The notes below the pieces were generated by a model that was not told the DNA's origin, ran no database searches, and worked only from the letters and a program-made list of their open reading frames with translations. This document shows positions 1 through 9,272 of a DNA stretch of 64,000 bases, one piece after another. A program made the translations under genes and the position numbers. The DNA is from an uncultured Actinomycetes bacterium (GTDB taxonomy: Bacteria; Actinomycetota; Coriobacteriia; Coriobacteriales; Atopobiaceae), in assembly GCA_900318935.1 (NCBI GenBank), contig ONMP01000003.1, forward strand, positions 18,358 through 82,357, in the 5' to 3' direction. The stretch's first letter is position 1; every line of letters begins with the position of its first letter.

Positions 1-1887
1 TACTGGGAAATGGGCGACGACATGACGTTCATTGCGGAGCAGCTTTCCAAAAGCGAAAAGAACCTGAATGAGATTGTGCAAAACGAAGAGATGCAGAACG
101 TCTCTGAAGATACCCTGGAGTCCATTATCAATATGTCGTATTTGCGATCGTTCATATCTGGCTACAGCCCGGAAAAGAATGGGACAGTCGTAATCTTTGT
201 TGATGATTCGGTGCTGCTCTCAAACAGCCCGGCGTATCCTGTGGGTAAGACGACGACAGAGCTCTTTGGCGAAGGAAGCGAGGACTACGCAAGCAGCCTT
301 GCGGAATCGGGGGAGCTACGTGAGGGTGTGTATGACACGAAGCCCTTTGATGCATCGTCTTACGGTTCGAATTATGCGACCGCCGAACTGGGCTATGTGC
401 GCGCGCTCAACCACGACGGCTACACTATCATGATGGCCAAGCCTTTCTCGAAGGTGTTTGCCGGGCGGCAGGCGACGATGACGTGGACCACGCTTCTGTC
501 ATCCGTGTTGCTGACCGTGGTGTACCTGCTCGCGGCGCGACTGCTAAACAAAGATGTGGTAACCCCCATCGATCGTACTAACGATTCGCTTGCTCAAATA
601 ACTGATGGCGAGCTGGATACGAGGGTGACGGAGTGCGATAGCGTGGAATTCGCTTCGCTCTCGACGGGAATCAACAACACGGTGGATGCGCTCAAGGGAT
701 ATATCGATGAGGCTGAGACGCGCATGGAGCGCGAGCTCAACACGGCGAAGGCTATCCAAAAGAGCGCCCTGCCGCGTGTGTTTCCGCCGTTCCCCGAGGT
801 GGACAAGTTCGACATCTTTGCTTCCATGAACGCGGCCAAGGAGGTCGGCGGGGACTTCTACGACTACTTCCTGATCGATGACCACACGCTGGGCTTCCTG
901 ATCGCCGACGTCAGTGGCAAGGGCATTCCGGGCGCCTTGTTCATGATGGCGGCAAAGACCGAGCTCGAGAACTACATGTCCACGGGCATGGAGCTCTCGC
1001 AGGCGATTGCGACGGCGAACTCAAGACTCTGCGCAAACAACGACGCGGGCATGTTCGTCACCGTGTGGGCCGCAACGCTTGATTACAACACGGGAGAGCT
1101 CACGTACGTGAATGCCGGGCACAACTTCCCGCTGCTGCGCCATGGCTTCAATGGTGAGTGGGAGTGGCTCAAAAAGAGGTGCGGACTCTTTTTGGGCACG
1201 TTCGAGACCGCGAAATACCGGCAAGAGAAGCTTATGCTCACTCCAGGCGACGAGCTGCTGCTCTACACCGATGGCGTTAACGAGGCGTTCAACGTCGACG
1301 AGGAGGAGTACGGAAACGACCGGCTGGAAAAGTTCCTCGCGGCGCACGCAAACATGCACTCGCGCGAGGTTGTTCGCTCGTTGCGTGCCGACGTGGCGCG
1401 TTGGGCGGAGGGCGCCGAGCAATCGGATGACGTGACTATATTGGCGTTGGAGTACGGCGTGGTGCCGGAGGTCACCGGAACTGCCACCATGCAGGCGAAG
1501 CTCGAGAACCTTGAGGTGGCGACTTCGCTGGTAAACAAGGAGTTGGAGGCGCGTCTGTGTCCGGTGGATGTGCAGCATAAGGTGGAGGTTGCGCTCGAGG
1601 AGCTGTTTGTCAACGTGTGCCGTTATGCCTACGCGGACAAGGCCGAGCCAGGCACGATACACGTGCGCTACGCCTACGGCGCGAACCCGTCAACCATCAC
1701 AGTTGAGCTGCGCGACCAGGGCGTGCCGTTTGACCCCATCAAATGCGAGGATCCCACGAAGCCCTCGTCTGCGCAGGAGGCGGCCATCGGCGGGCTGGGC
1801 ATCTTTATGGTGCGCAAGACCATGGACGACTTCACCTATATGCGCAGTGGTGACACCAACGTGGTGGTCTTCAAGAAGGGCTGGTAG
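1..1887 (+). CDS. Membrane sensor PP2C (SpoIIE-family) phosphatase fused to a C-terminal RsbW-like HATPase domain; 5' end probably lies outside the window
   Basis: The frame of ORF 10..1887 stays open back to nt 1. It has a TM segment (LLSSVLLTVVYLLAARLL) and a HAMP-like linker. PP2C/SpoIIE motifs are present (AKEVGGDFYDYF, LIADVSGKGIPGALFM, LLLYTDGVNEA, QSDDVTILALE). The tail resembles a HATPase (EELFVNVCRYAY...GGLGIFMVRK). Confidence 0.8.
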   Translation, partial: YWEMGDDMTFIAEQLSKSEKNLNEIVQNEEMQNVSEDTLESIINMSYLRSFISGYSPEKNGTVVIFVDDSVLLSNSPAYPVGKTTTELFGEGSEDYASSLAESGELREGVYDTKPFDASSYGSNYATAELGYVRALNHDGYTIMMAKPFSKVFAGRQATMTWTTLLSSVLLTVVYLLAARLLNKDVVTPIDRTNDSLAQITDGELDTRVTECDSVEFASLSTGINNTVDALKGYIDEAETRMERELNTAKAIQKSALPRVFPPFPEVDKFDIFASMNAAKEVGGDFYDYFLIDDHTLGFLIADVSGKGIPGALFMMAAKTELENYMSTGMELSQAIATANSRLCANNDAGMFVTVWAATLDYNTGELTYVNAGHNFPLLRHGFNGEWEWLKKRCGLFLGTFETAKYRQEKLMLTPGDELLLYTDGVNEAFNVDEEEYGNDRLEKFLAAHANMHSREVVRSLRADVARWAEGAEQSDDVTILALEYGVVPEVTGTATMQAKLENLEVATSLVNKELEARLCPVDVQHKVEVALEELFVNVCRYAYADKAEPGTIHVRYAYGANPSTITVELRDQGVPFDPIKCEDPTKPSSAQEAAIGGLGIFMVRKTMDDFTYMRSGDTNVVVFKKGW

Positions 1888-1911
1888 GAACGCAGCGGGA
1901 ATTCCGTGCGA

Positions 1912-2347
1912 CTACTTCTTTAGAATTGCGTCGCCGATGAGGCCGCCGAGGCCGGCCAAAATGTCGTCCATGTCGGATCCCTCGCCCCTGAGGACCTTGA
2001 GTGCCTTTTTCTTTGTGTCGGCGTTTGCGGCACGGTAGAGCTCGACGAGCCTCTTCTCGGTGGCGGTGAGGCGCATTGAAGTGCCCGCGGAGGTGCTTGA
2101 GCTGCTCGTTGAGGAAGACGGCCTGCTCGCTGAGGTCTTTGGCATGGCGTCGAGCAGGGATTTTTGGGTGACCCCGCACGCCTTGGCGATGTTTTTGACC
2201 ACCTGCGTAAGTGGGTACGGCCTCTCCGCGCTCGAAGCGGCCGATGTCAGATTGGCTTGCTCCGTCCACAAGCGCGGCAAGTTGCGCTTGCGTAAGACCC
2301 GCGTTCGCGCGTGCAGACTTGATGAGTCCACCGAGCTTCGTTGCCAT
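1912..2347 (-). pseudogene. XRE-family HTH regulator, frameshifted
   Basis: ATG at 2347 follows AAGGAGGA. The N-terminus MATKLGGLIKSARANAGLTQAQLAALVDGASQSDIGRFERGEAVP lies in the frame of ORF 1871..2380. The continuation (QVVKNIAKACGVTQKSLLDAM...TATEKRLVELYRAANADTKKKALKVLRGE) lies in the frame of ORF 1912..2388. The frames switch near 2205-2215 (minus-strand ACTTACG). Confidence 0.6.
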
Positions 2348-2464
2348 GACGTCCTCCTTGTGCGTGGGTATCGTCTCCATGGTAGCAAATGTGAGGTACG
2401 CGAGGGATGCCCTTTGTGCGCCTTCGTGCTTGACGAAAGGTGGGCGAGGGGATTACATTCAAAC
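2111..2464. repeat. Left copy of a long direct repeat (target-site duplication) flanking the IS
   Basis: 2111..2464 matches 4397..4677 almost base for base, apart from a 73-bp deletion and a few substitutions in the right copy. It abuts the IS terminal inverted repeat directly. Confidence 0.85.
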
Positions 2465-4234
2465 CTGACTTCCGCAGTAGTTTAGCGCCGTTTGCCCCAA
2501 TCTAGCTGGGCAAACGGCGCTATCGCGTTGAACGTTTTCGGACGGCACACCGCCGGGCGGCTCCTCGCCCACGAGCGCGAACACCTCGTCGGTCAGGTCG
2601 GTCCTGTGGTCGAAGAGCCACCAGCCGTCGTCGGCGTAGGAGCAGTCGAGGGCCCGCATGTCGGCGAGCAGCGCCTGCGCCGAGGGGTGCGACGGGAGGG
2701 CGCGCTGCGAGAGGCGCACTATGAGAAGGGCCAGGTAGCAGGTCAGGAAGTGGGCGCGTATGTGCCCGGGCGTCCACACCCACACCGGCCTCGAGCTGAG
2801 ACCGCCGGTCTTGGTGACCCTGAACGACTCCTCGATCCTCCACAGCTCGCGGTAGGCGTCCAGTATCCTGCCCTCGTCCCAGTCCGTCTCGCTGGTGATT
2901 ATCAGGTAGTACCCGTCGAGCCTGGCCGCGGCGTCGACCGCGGCCTGGTCGATCTGGGGCCTCACCCTCGGGTCCTCGAGCACCTCGCCGGTCTTGCGGT
3001 CGAAGGTTATGCCCCTGACGTACCGCGCGGCCCCGAAGTGCGTTGCCCTGGTGTAGGCGCCGGGCCTCTCCACGAGCTGGCGCGACTTCTCCAGGACCTT
3101 CTCCCGCTCGTGGCGGGCGCGCTCGGCGTACTTGCGGCTCCACATCGCGACCACCTTGACCTCGACGTCCACGTCCCTCTTGCGGCCGTCGAAGGTGTCC
3201 GCGCCCTTGAGGCGGACCGTCTTGTTCCGCTGCGACGACTTGATCTTGAACTCGCCGTCGGGGCTCGCCGCGTAGCCATCGTCCGACAGCGCCCACGCCT
3301 TGTACTCGGAGTTCGACCTCGTGCCCCTGAGCGACTGCGAGAACACGAACCCGTCGCCGCCGGCGACGATCCCCGCTATGTTGTCCGAGCAGTTCATCCC
3401 CTTGTCGGCCACGACGACCACCCTGCCGAGCCCCCTCTCCCTGCGCCTCTTGAGCACTGGCAGCAGCGTCTCGCAGTCGTTGGTGTTGCCCTCGAACAGG
3501 TCGTATGCGATGGGGATCCCCTCCGAGTCCTGCAGCAGCCCCATCTGCACGATCGGGTTGGGCCTGTGCTCCTTGCTGACGCCCTTCCTGCGCGGGCCGT
3601 CCTCGTCCGGGTCGCACTCGAAGAAGTAGTTGGTGACGTCGTAGTAGACGAGCGACTCGTCGCGCCCCGAGCCCTTGGCTATCGAGCGGTTGCAGGCGTC
3701 GACGATCCTCCCCGACAGGCGGTCGAGCTCGCCGAGCGCGCGGTAGACGTCGTCGTCCGTGAGCTCGGAGCGGAAGAAGTGGCGCTCCCTGCTCTCCCAG
3801 GCCGCGAGCTTGCTTCCCGGCTCGAGCAGCCGCTCGCAGACGAGCAGGCGAAGCGCGGCGTTCAGGTCGTAGCCGACCCTCCTGCCCCGCATGCCGTTGC
3901 GGACCGCGGTCTCGACCCCCAGCGCGTCCAGCCACCAGCAGGCGAGCGCGTCGCCGACATGCCTCCTGAGCTGGGACGACTCCCTCTTGTCGACCTTCTT
4001 CCCCGGGTGGATCGTGATCGTGGCGGGCGCCTCGGCCCTCAGCCTCTCCGCGTCCATCTCCGCCACGACCTCCCGGAAGTGCGCCACGGGGTCCTCGAAC
4101 TCGCGCTCCAGCTCGTCCACGAACCCGAAGGTGCGCACCGTCCTCTGCCGCTTCCTCCCCTCGTCGTCCCTGTATGCCTGCACGGCCGACAGGCTCACCC
4201 TGCCGCTCTTCGTCGGCGTCCTCTTCAGGTACAT
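2459..4234 (-). CDS. IS1634-family DDE transposase
   Basis: The N-terminus MYLKRTPTKSGRVSLSAVQAYRDDEGRKRQRTVRTFG is typical of this family. A DDE-type core follows (VVVADKGMNCSDNI, YYLIITSE...YRELWRIEESFRVTK). I chose the internal Met at 4234 rather than 4297. The stop codon lies 1 codon beyond the inverted repeat. Confidence 0.85.
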   Translation of the reverse strand: MYLKRTPTKSGRVSLSAVQAYRDDEGRKRQRTVRTFGFVDELEREFEDPVAHFREVVAEMDAERLRAEAPATITIHPGKKVDKRESSQLRRHVGDALACWWLDALGVETAVRNGMRGRRVGYDLNAALRLLVCERLLEPGSKLAAWESRERHFFRSELTDDDVYRALGELDRLSGRIVDACNRSIAKGSGRDESLVYYDVTNYFFECDPDEDGPRRKGVSKEHRPNPIVQMGLLQDSEGIPIAYDLFEGNTNDCETLLPVLKRRRERGLGRVVVVADKGMNCSDNIAGIVAGGDGFVFSQSLRGTRSNSEYKAWALSDDGYAASPDGEFKIKSSQRNKTVRLKGADTFDGRKRDVDVEVKVVAMWSRKYAERARHEREKVLEKSRQLVERPGAYTRATHFGAARYVRGITFDRKTGEVLEDPRVRPQIDQAAVDAAARLDGYYLIITSETDWDEGRILDAYRELWRIEESFRVTKTGGLSSRPVWVWTPGHIRAHFLTCYLALLIVRLSQRALPSHPSAQALLADMRALDCSYADDGWWLFDHRTDLTDEVFALVGEEPPGGVPSENVQRDSAVCPARLGQTALNYCGSQV

Positions 4235-4396
4235 GCCACACCCCGTCCCACCTGCGGATATGTTTCTCGCATTATACCACACACCACAACAAACCACAAT
4301 AAAAAATCACCAAACTTGACAAAGAAAAATGCCCGTCAGGGCAGGTCAGACCACAAAAAGACTTCTCTGGATCAGCTAATCAACTGCGGAAGTGTG
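2465..4396 (-). mobile_element. IS1634-family (IS4-related) insertion sequence, ~1.93 kb
   Basis: A single DDE transposase ORF. Imperfect terminal inverted repeats: ctgACTTCCGCAGTaGtTTAGC at 2465 versus the reverse complement of the 4396 end, cacACTTCCGCAGTtGaTTAGC. The element is flanked by long direct repeats. Confidence 0.8.
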
Positions 4397-4562
4397 GAGG
4401 AAGACGGCCTGCTCGCTGAGGTCTTTGGCATGGCGTCGAGCAGGGATTTTTGGGTGACCCCGCACGCCTTGGCGATGTTTTTGACCACCTGCGTAGTTGC
4501 GCTTGCGTAAGACCCGCGTTCGCGCGTGCCGACTTGATGAGTCCACCGAGCTTCGTTGCCAT
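4397..4562 (-). pseudogene. Duplicated, truncated 5' fragment of the XRE regulator gene
   Basis: The same SD and MATKLGGLIKSARANAGLTQAQL N-terminus as 2347. It then runs into the deletion and the IS end. Confidence 0.7.
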
Positions 4563-4677
4563 GACGTCCTCCTTGTGCGTGGGTATCGTCTCCATGGTAG
4601 CAAATGTGAGGTGCGAGGGTTGCCCTTTGTGTGCCTTCGTGCTTGACGAAAGGTGGGCGAGGGGATTACATTCAAAC
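4397..4677. repeat. Right copy of the direct repeat flanking the IS (carries a 73-bp internal deletion)
   Basis: Aligned by eye to 2111..2464. The block corresponding to 2210..2282 is missing after acctgcgta. Confidence 0.85.
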
Positions 4678-4709
4678 TGTATGGGTAGGTTTGACAGAGG
4701 GGGGATCGT

Positions 4710-7694
4710 ATGAAAAACAAGGCGATGACGTCGGTTGCCCGTATGATCGTACGTGTGGTAGCGGCATTCTTCGTCGTGGGCATAGCGGTAACGCTTGCGT
4801 GCCCCGTTTTTGCAGCGCAGACATATACTGTGCAAATCGCTGCAGATGGCGCGACCAATTCGCTCTACGAGGAGAAGTCCTACGGGTTGGGAAAGACGAA
4901 GGTCTCGGCTTCAGCGCTGCTCGTAAAGCAGGGCGTGAAAGACGTGGGCAAAGTGCAGAAGGTGGAAGGTTCCGCCAATATCAGCGCGACAGAGTCGGGC
5001 AACGATTGCCTGATAGTCATCAAGAAGGAGACGAAGAAAGACACGTTCACTATTGTGTATGGTGATGACGAGGGCATGAAGGCGAAGTTCCGTTTTTCGT
5101 GCGTGGCAAATTCGGAGCCAGAGAAGAAGGAAGCTGAGGCGTCTGCCATTCAAGAAGACACCAATAGGACTGATGCTCAGCAGTCCATTGAGAACGTGGG
5201 TGCGCAAGCAGACGGCGACCAGCAGCAGGGCAACGACCAGCAGGGCAACGACCAGCAGCAGGGCAACGACCAGCAGGGCAACGACCAGCAGGGCAACGAC
5301 CAGCAGGGCAACGACCAGCAGGGCAACGACCAGCAGGGCGGCGACCAGCAGCAGACGCAAAAGCAGACTCAGACCATCACGGCTGATGACGTGTATGGCA
5401 CCGTAGGTGAGACGGGCGTTGTGGAGGCGTCGACCGACGGCGACGGAACTCTGAGCTACACCATTGACGACACCAGCATCGCGGAGATCGACGAGACGAC
5501 CGGCGCCCTCACGTTCAAGGCTGCGGGTTCGGCGACGGTCACCATCACGGCATCCGAGACAGAGACCTACGCATTGGCTACCAAGCAGGTGAGCGTCACG
5601 GTGAGCGAGCCTGAGCCCACCACATACAATGTCACTGTTGATTACAACTGGCGCCTGGGAAGGGCCACGGCTGACCCGACATCAGGCGAGACGGGTACAG
5701 AGGTCAAGCTCACTGCCGAACCTCTTGATGGCTATCAATTCAAAGAGTGGGTCGTTCGCTCGGGTGATGTCACCATCGAGAACGACGCTTTTGAAATCGG
5801 TGACGCTGACGTGGAGATAGAAGCCGTCTTTGAAGAGATTCCTTCCACGATGATTACCATCACCTTTGACGGGAACGCCGACATCGTGGAGGGCGAGATG
5901 GATCCCGTCGAGACCGACAAGGGCAAGGCCATCGAGCTTCCTGCCTGCGGATTCACTCGCGACGGCTATGACTTTGTCGAATGGAATACCGAGGCTGACG
6001 GCAGTGGCACAACGGTCAAGGACCAGGCGAAGGTTACGTTCCGGGCGGATACCACGCTCTACGCGCAGTGGACAGAGGCTGTGCCCACCACGGTCACACT
6101 CACCTTCGACAAAAACGCCTCCGACGCGAAGGGTACGATGCGCTCGCTCACTCTCGATGCGGGCGAGAGCGTCACGCTTCCGGACTGCGCGTTTACCCGA
6201 GACGGATACTACTTCTCCGGGTGGAACACAAAGGCTGACGGCAGTGGCTCCTCTTTCAAGGACGGCGCGAAGGTAAAGGTCAAGGCCAATGTCACGCTCT
6301 ACGCCCAGTGGGAGGAGGGCTCTGAGCCAACCACGACCGTGACCGTCACCTTTGACAAGAACGCCTCCGACGCGAAGGGCACGATGGCTCCGTTCACCGC
6401 CGAGAAGGGCGAGAGCGTCAACCTCCCAGCGTGTGCGTTCACCCGCGATGGTTACCACTTCTCCAGCTGGAATACCGCGGCCGATGGCAGCGGCATTTCC
6501 ATCAGTGGCCAGAAGTCGGTGAAGGTCAACAAAGACGTCACGCTCTACGCCCAGTGGAAGGCAGGCACCGAAACATCTGCAACCGTCGAGTTCGACAAGA
6601 ACGCCTCCGACGCGAAGGGTACGATGACTCCGCTCACCGCCGAGAAGGGTGAGAGCGTCACCCTCCCGACGTGCTCGTTCACTCGCGCCGGATATTATTT
6701 CGCCGGATGGAACACAAAGGCGGACGGTAGCGGCACTGCGCTCAGGGATGGCGCGAAGGTCAAGATTAACAACGACGCCACGCTTTACGCCCAGTGGAGC
6801 AAGGGATCCGCTCCGGCCACGACCGTGACAATTACCTTTGACGGAAACGCCGATGACGCAGAGGGCACGATGGATCCCATGCAAGTCGAGAAGGGCGAGA
6901 GCGTTACCCTTCCGGCAAATGCGTTCACCCGCGATGGATACTTCTTTGCTGGGTGGAATACCAAGCCTGATGGCAGTGGTACTTCGCTCAGGGATAGTGC
7001 CAAGGTCAAGGCTAGCTCCGATGTCACCCTCTATGCTCAGTGGTCCGACCAGGGAGAGGTTCAGACTCCCAATCCCGGCGTGACTACGTCCGTCGGAGGC
7101 CAGTATGCTGCCAGAAACACCGATATCGGCTTCACCGTCACCCAGGAGGTGCCGTCGGATGCGACCCGCGTGGAGATATGGGTCGACCTAGAATCGGTTA
7201 TGCAATTCACCACGGCTGCTGATCAAGTCGGCGTGAGTGTGGACGACAATGCCATAGGCGCGGCTCAGGTTAGTATCGACGGTCAGCGCATGACCGTGTT
7301 AATTGACGATTCGAGCGTCGTGGCATCGCTCAGGGGCAAGAAGGTCAAGGTTGTCTTTAACGCGAAGGTTCTCGACGACGCAAATCTCGACTCGTACAAG
7401 TCTGGCAATGTTGCCGCGGTGCCCTACTACGTGCAGACTAGGTTTGATGGTGCAAAGTCGAGGCAGACGGCAAGGATGAAGGGCACGATCAGGGTCAGCC
7501 TCGGCTCCACGAACAGCTCGTCAAGCAGCAGGACTACCACAACACCCACAAGGAGCACGACCGCTAGCACATCGAGCAAGAAGTCAAGTTCCTTGGCGAA
7601 TACCGCTGACGCAACGTCTGTCGCATCCGTAGTCGCCATGGCTACGTCCGGCGCAGCTCTAGCCCTCGCTGGCTTCCGCCGCCGTCGCAAGTAG
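4710..7694 (+). CDS. Large cell-wall-anchored surface protein (adhesin-like) with Big_2, InlB-B/List-Bact repeats and an isopeptide-type domain
   Basis: SD gaggggggat. Signal peptide MKNKAMTSVARMIVRVVAAFFVVGIAVTLACPVFA. A (Q)QGND repeat tract and an Ig-like segment. Five tandem ~78-aa modules of the form TFDxNA..G.M......G....LP...FTR.GY.F.GWNT..DGSG......V.....TLYAQW. A SpaA/Cna-like domain. The C-terminus has an LPXTG-like LANTA motif, a hydrophobic helix and RRRRK. Confidence 0.85.
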   Translation: MKNKAMTSVARMIVRVVAAFFVVGIAVTLACPVFAAQTYTVQIAADGATNSLYEEKSYGLGKTKVSASALLVKQGVKDVGKVQKVEGSANISATESGNDCLIVIKKETKKDTFTIVYGDDEGMKAKFRFSCVANSEPEKKEAEASAIQEDTNRTDAQQSIENVGAQADGDQQQGNDQQGNDQQQGNDQQGNDQQGNDQQGNDQQGNDQQGGDQQQTQKQTQTITADDVYGTVGETGVVEASTDGDGTLSYTIDDTSIAEIDETTGALTFKAAGSATVTITASETETYALATKQVSVTVSEPEPTTYNVTVDYNWRLGRATADPTSGETGTEVKLTAEPLDGYQFKEWVVRSGDVTIENDAFEIGDADVEIEAVFEEIPSTMITITFDGNADIVEGEMDPVETDKGKAIELPACGFTRDGYDFVEWNTEADGSGTTVKDQAKVTFRADTTLYAQWTEAVPTTVTLTFDKNASDAKGTMRSLTLDAGESVTLPDCAFTRDGYYFSGWNTKADGSGSSFKDGAKVKVKANVTLYAQWEEGSEPTTTVTVTFDKNASDAKGTMAPFTAEKGESVNLPACAFTRDGYHFSSWNTAADGSGISISGQKSVKVNKDVTLYAQWKAGTETSATVEFDKNASDAKGTMTPLTAEKGESVTLPTCSFTRAGYYFAGWNTKADGSGTALRDGAKVKINNDATLYAQWSKGSAPATTVTITFDGNADDAEGTMDPMQVEKGESVTLPANAFTRDGYFFAGWNTKPDGSGTSLRDSAKVKASSDVTLYAQWSDQGEVQTPNPGVTTSVGGQYAARNTDIGFTVTQEVPSDATRVEIWVDLESVMQFTTAADQVGVSVDDNAIGAAQVSIDGQRMTVLIDDSSVVASLRGKKVKVVFNAKVLDDANLDSYKSGNVAAVPYYVQTRFDGAKSRQTARMKGTIRVSLGSTNSSSSSRTTTTPTRSTTASTSSKKSSSLANTADATSVASVVAMATSGAALALAGFRRRRK
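5214..5352 (+). repeat. In-frame 15-bp tandem repeat (cagcagggcaacgac, encoding QQGND), ~9 units
   Basis: Read directly from the sequence. Occasional 18-bp units encode QQQGND. Confidence 0.9.
5853..7043 (+). repeat. Five tandem ~234-243-bp coding modules (List-Bact/InlB B-repeat type) in the adhesin gene
   Basis: The blocks gacaagaacgcctccgacgcgaagggcacgatg and acgctctacgcccagtgg recur. A more divergent module precedes them (GYQFKEW). Confidence 0.85.
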
Positions 7695-7718
7695 TTTATC
7701 TCTACGTAAGGGTTAGTC

Positions 7719-7764
7719 AGGGGCGGTTCCCTTTTCTCGAACTCGTGGAAAGGGAACCGCCCCT
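7719..7764 (+). terminator. 16-bp perfect hairpin downstream of the adhesin gene (candidate terminator, no U-tract)
   Basis: aggggcggttcccttt-N14-aaagggaaccgcccct. Confidence 0.4.
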
Positions 7765-7922
7765 ACATTAGGGCGTACGCAAACCGGCGCGTGAATGACC
7801 CCGTGGTGGCTATCCCGAGGTTTAATATTGCGGTCCCGTCTGTCCTTGTCGCAAATCGTGCTACTATGGTTTGGCTGTATACGGAAATCGGTTGGAAACA
7901 ATCAAAGACAGAGAGAGGTCGT

Positions 7923-9269
7923 ATGGGGCGCTTTCTAGGGGGCGTACTCAAGCGTCGACGCGGCGTGGAGTTGCGGGGCGTCAGCATCCCGCACAACAAG
8001 GCGACGGCCGAGCAGGCCACGACGTACATGCCGCTGCCGAGCCAGGTGATTCTTCCCATGCATCAGCACGTAGGTGCGGCCTGCACGCCACAGGTCAAGC
8101 GCCGCGCGCATGTGGACGTAGGCACGCTCGTGGGACATGCGGACGCTCGCATGTCGGCCGACATCTTTTCGCCGGTCTCGGGCACCGTGAAGGAGATTCG
8201 ATCGATTCATTACTCCAACGGGCGCTCCGACGAGGCTCTCGTCATCGTGCCCGATGGCGAGCAGACCGTGGATCCAGCAATCGCTCCACCCGAGGTCACC
8301 GACTATGCGAGCCTTGTCGAGGCGGTGCGTCACAGTGGCATCGTTGGTCTGGGAGGTGCCGGCTTTCCGACTTGGCTCAAGATGGACTCCGATCTGACGG
8401 GCATCGACTGCTGGCTTGTCAACGGCGCGGAGTGTGAGCCATATCTCTCGGGCGACTACCGCGAGATGGTGGAGCGTCCAGAGACGATTCTGCATGGCAT
8501 CCGCACCTGCCTCGACCTTTCGGGTGTGCCGCGCTCGCTCATCTGCATCGAGGACAACAAGCCCAAGGCTATCGAGCTTCTGCGGGCCATGGCTGCTGAT
8601 GACGAGCGGATTGACGTATTCGAGCTCCCCGCGCGCTACCCGCAGGGAGCGAGCCGCGTGATTCTGCGCAACGTGACCGGTCGCTCGGTTCCGCGCGGAG
8701 GCCACCTCACCGACGTCGGCGCGCTCCTCTTTAACGTCACCACCATGAGCGAGATGGGTCGTTTCATCCAGGACGGCATGCCGCTCACCAAGCGTCGCAT
8801 CACGGTGATGGGAGATGCCGTGGAGCATCCGCAAAACCTCGAGGTCTACATTGGTACACCGATTGCCGAAATCTTGCAGTACTGCGGGCTCAAAGAGGAA
8901 CCGCGCAAGGTGGTCATCGGCGGTCCGATGATGGGCGTCACTCAGTCCGAGCTCGACGCACCCATTGTTCGGCAAAACAGCGGACTGCTTGCGTTTGCTC
9001 ATGAGGTAGTCGAGCGTCCGCAGACAACGGCCTGCATACGCTGTAGCGCATGCATCGACAACTGTCCGATGCGTCTGGCACCCATCGACATCCAAAAGGC
9101 CTACATGCGTCGTGACGTGGACGACCTCGACGAGCTGATGGCCGACCTCTGTGTGGAGTGCGGTACCTGCTCATATGTGTGCCCGGCCAAGCAACCGCTC
9201 GCGCAGTCCACCAAATTCGCCCGCAGCTTCCTGCGTGCAAAGAAGCGCGAAGCGCAGGGAAGGAGGTAA
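7923..9269 (+). CDS. rnfC: Rnf electron-transport complex subunit C
   Basis: ATG at 7923 follows gagagagg. It has the GLGGAGFPTWLK motif and two 4Fe-4S motifs (CIRCSACIDNCP, CVECGTCSYVCP). It is the first gene of the CDGEAB order. Confidence 0.9.
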   Translation: MGRFLGGVLKRRRGVELRGVSIPHNKATAEQATTYMPLPSQVILPMHQHVGAACTPQVKRRAHVDVGTLVGHADARMSADIFSPVSGTVKEIRSIHYSNGRSDEALVIVPDGEQTVDPAIAPPEVTDYASLVEAVRHSGIVGLGGAGFPTWLKMDSDLTGIDCWLVNGAECEPYLSGDYREMVERPETILHGIRTCLDLSGVPRSLICIEDNKPKAIELLRAMAADDERIDVFELPARYPQGASRVILRNVTGRSVPRGGHLTDVGALLFNVTTMSEMGRFIQDGMPLTKRRITVMGDAVEHPQNLEVYIGTPIAEILQYCGLKEEPRKVVIGGPMMGVTQSELDAPIVRQNSGLLAFAHEVVERPQTTACIRCSACIDNCPMRLAPIDIQKAYMRRDVDDLDELMADLCVECGTCSYVCPAKQPLAQSTKFARSFLRAKKREAQGRR

Positions 9270-9272
9270 CAC

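Noticed and set aside
2492-4510. A 672-aa plus-strand ORF and a 573-aa alternative-frame minus-strand ORF (2520..4241), both overlapping the transposase gene
   Set aside because: Their composition is extremely Arg/Pro/Gly/Ala-rich and they have no recognisable motifs. These are typical GC-driven shadow ORFs; the real gene is the IS1634-type transposase on the minus strand.
5214-5352. A regular short repeat array, considered as a possible CRISPR or non-coding satellite
   Set aside because: The units are 15 bp with no spacers. They lie in frame inside a CDS and encode QQGND.
5682-6884. A 400-aa minus-strand ORF inside the adhesin repeats
   Set aside because: It is an antisense shadow of the repeated modules. 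It is itself repetitive only because the sense strand is.
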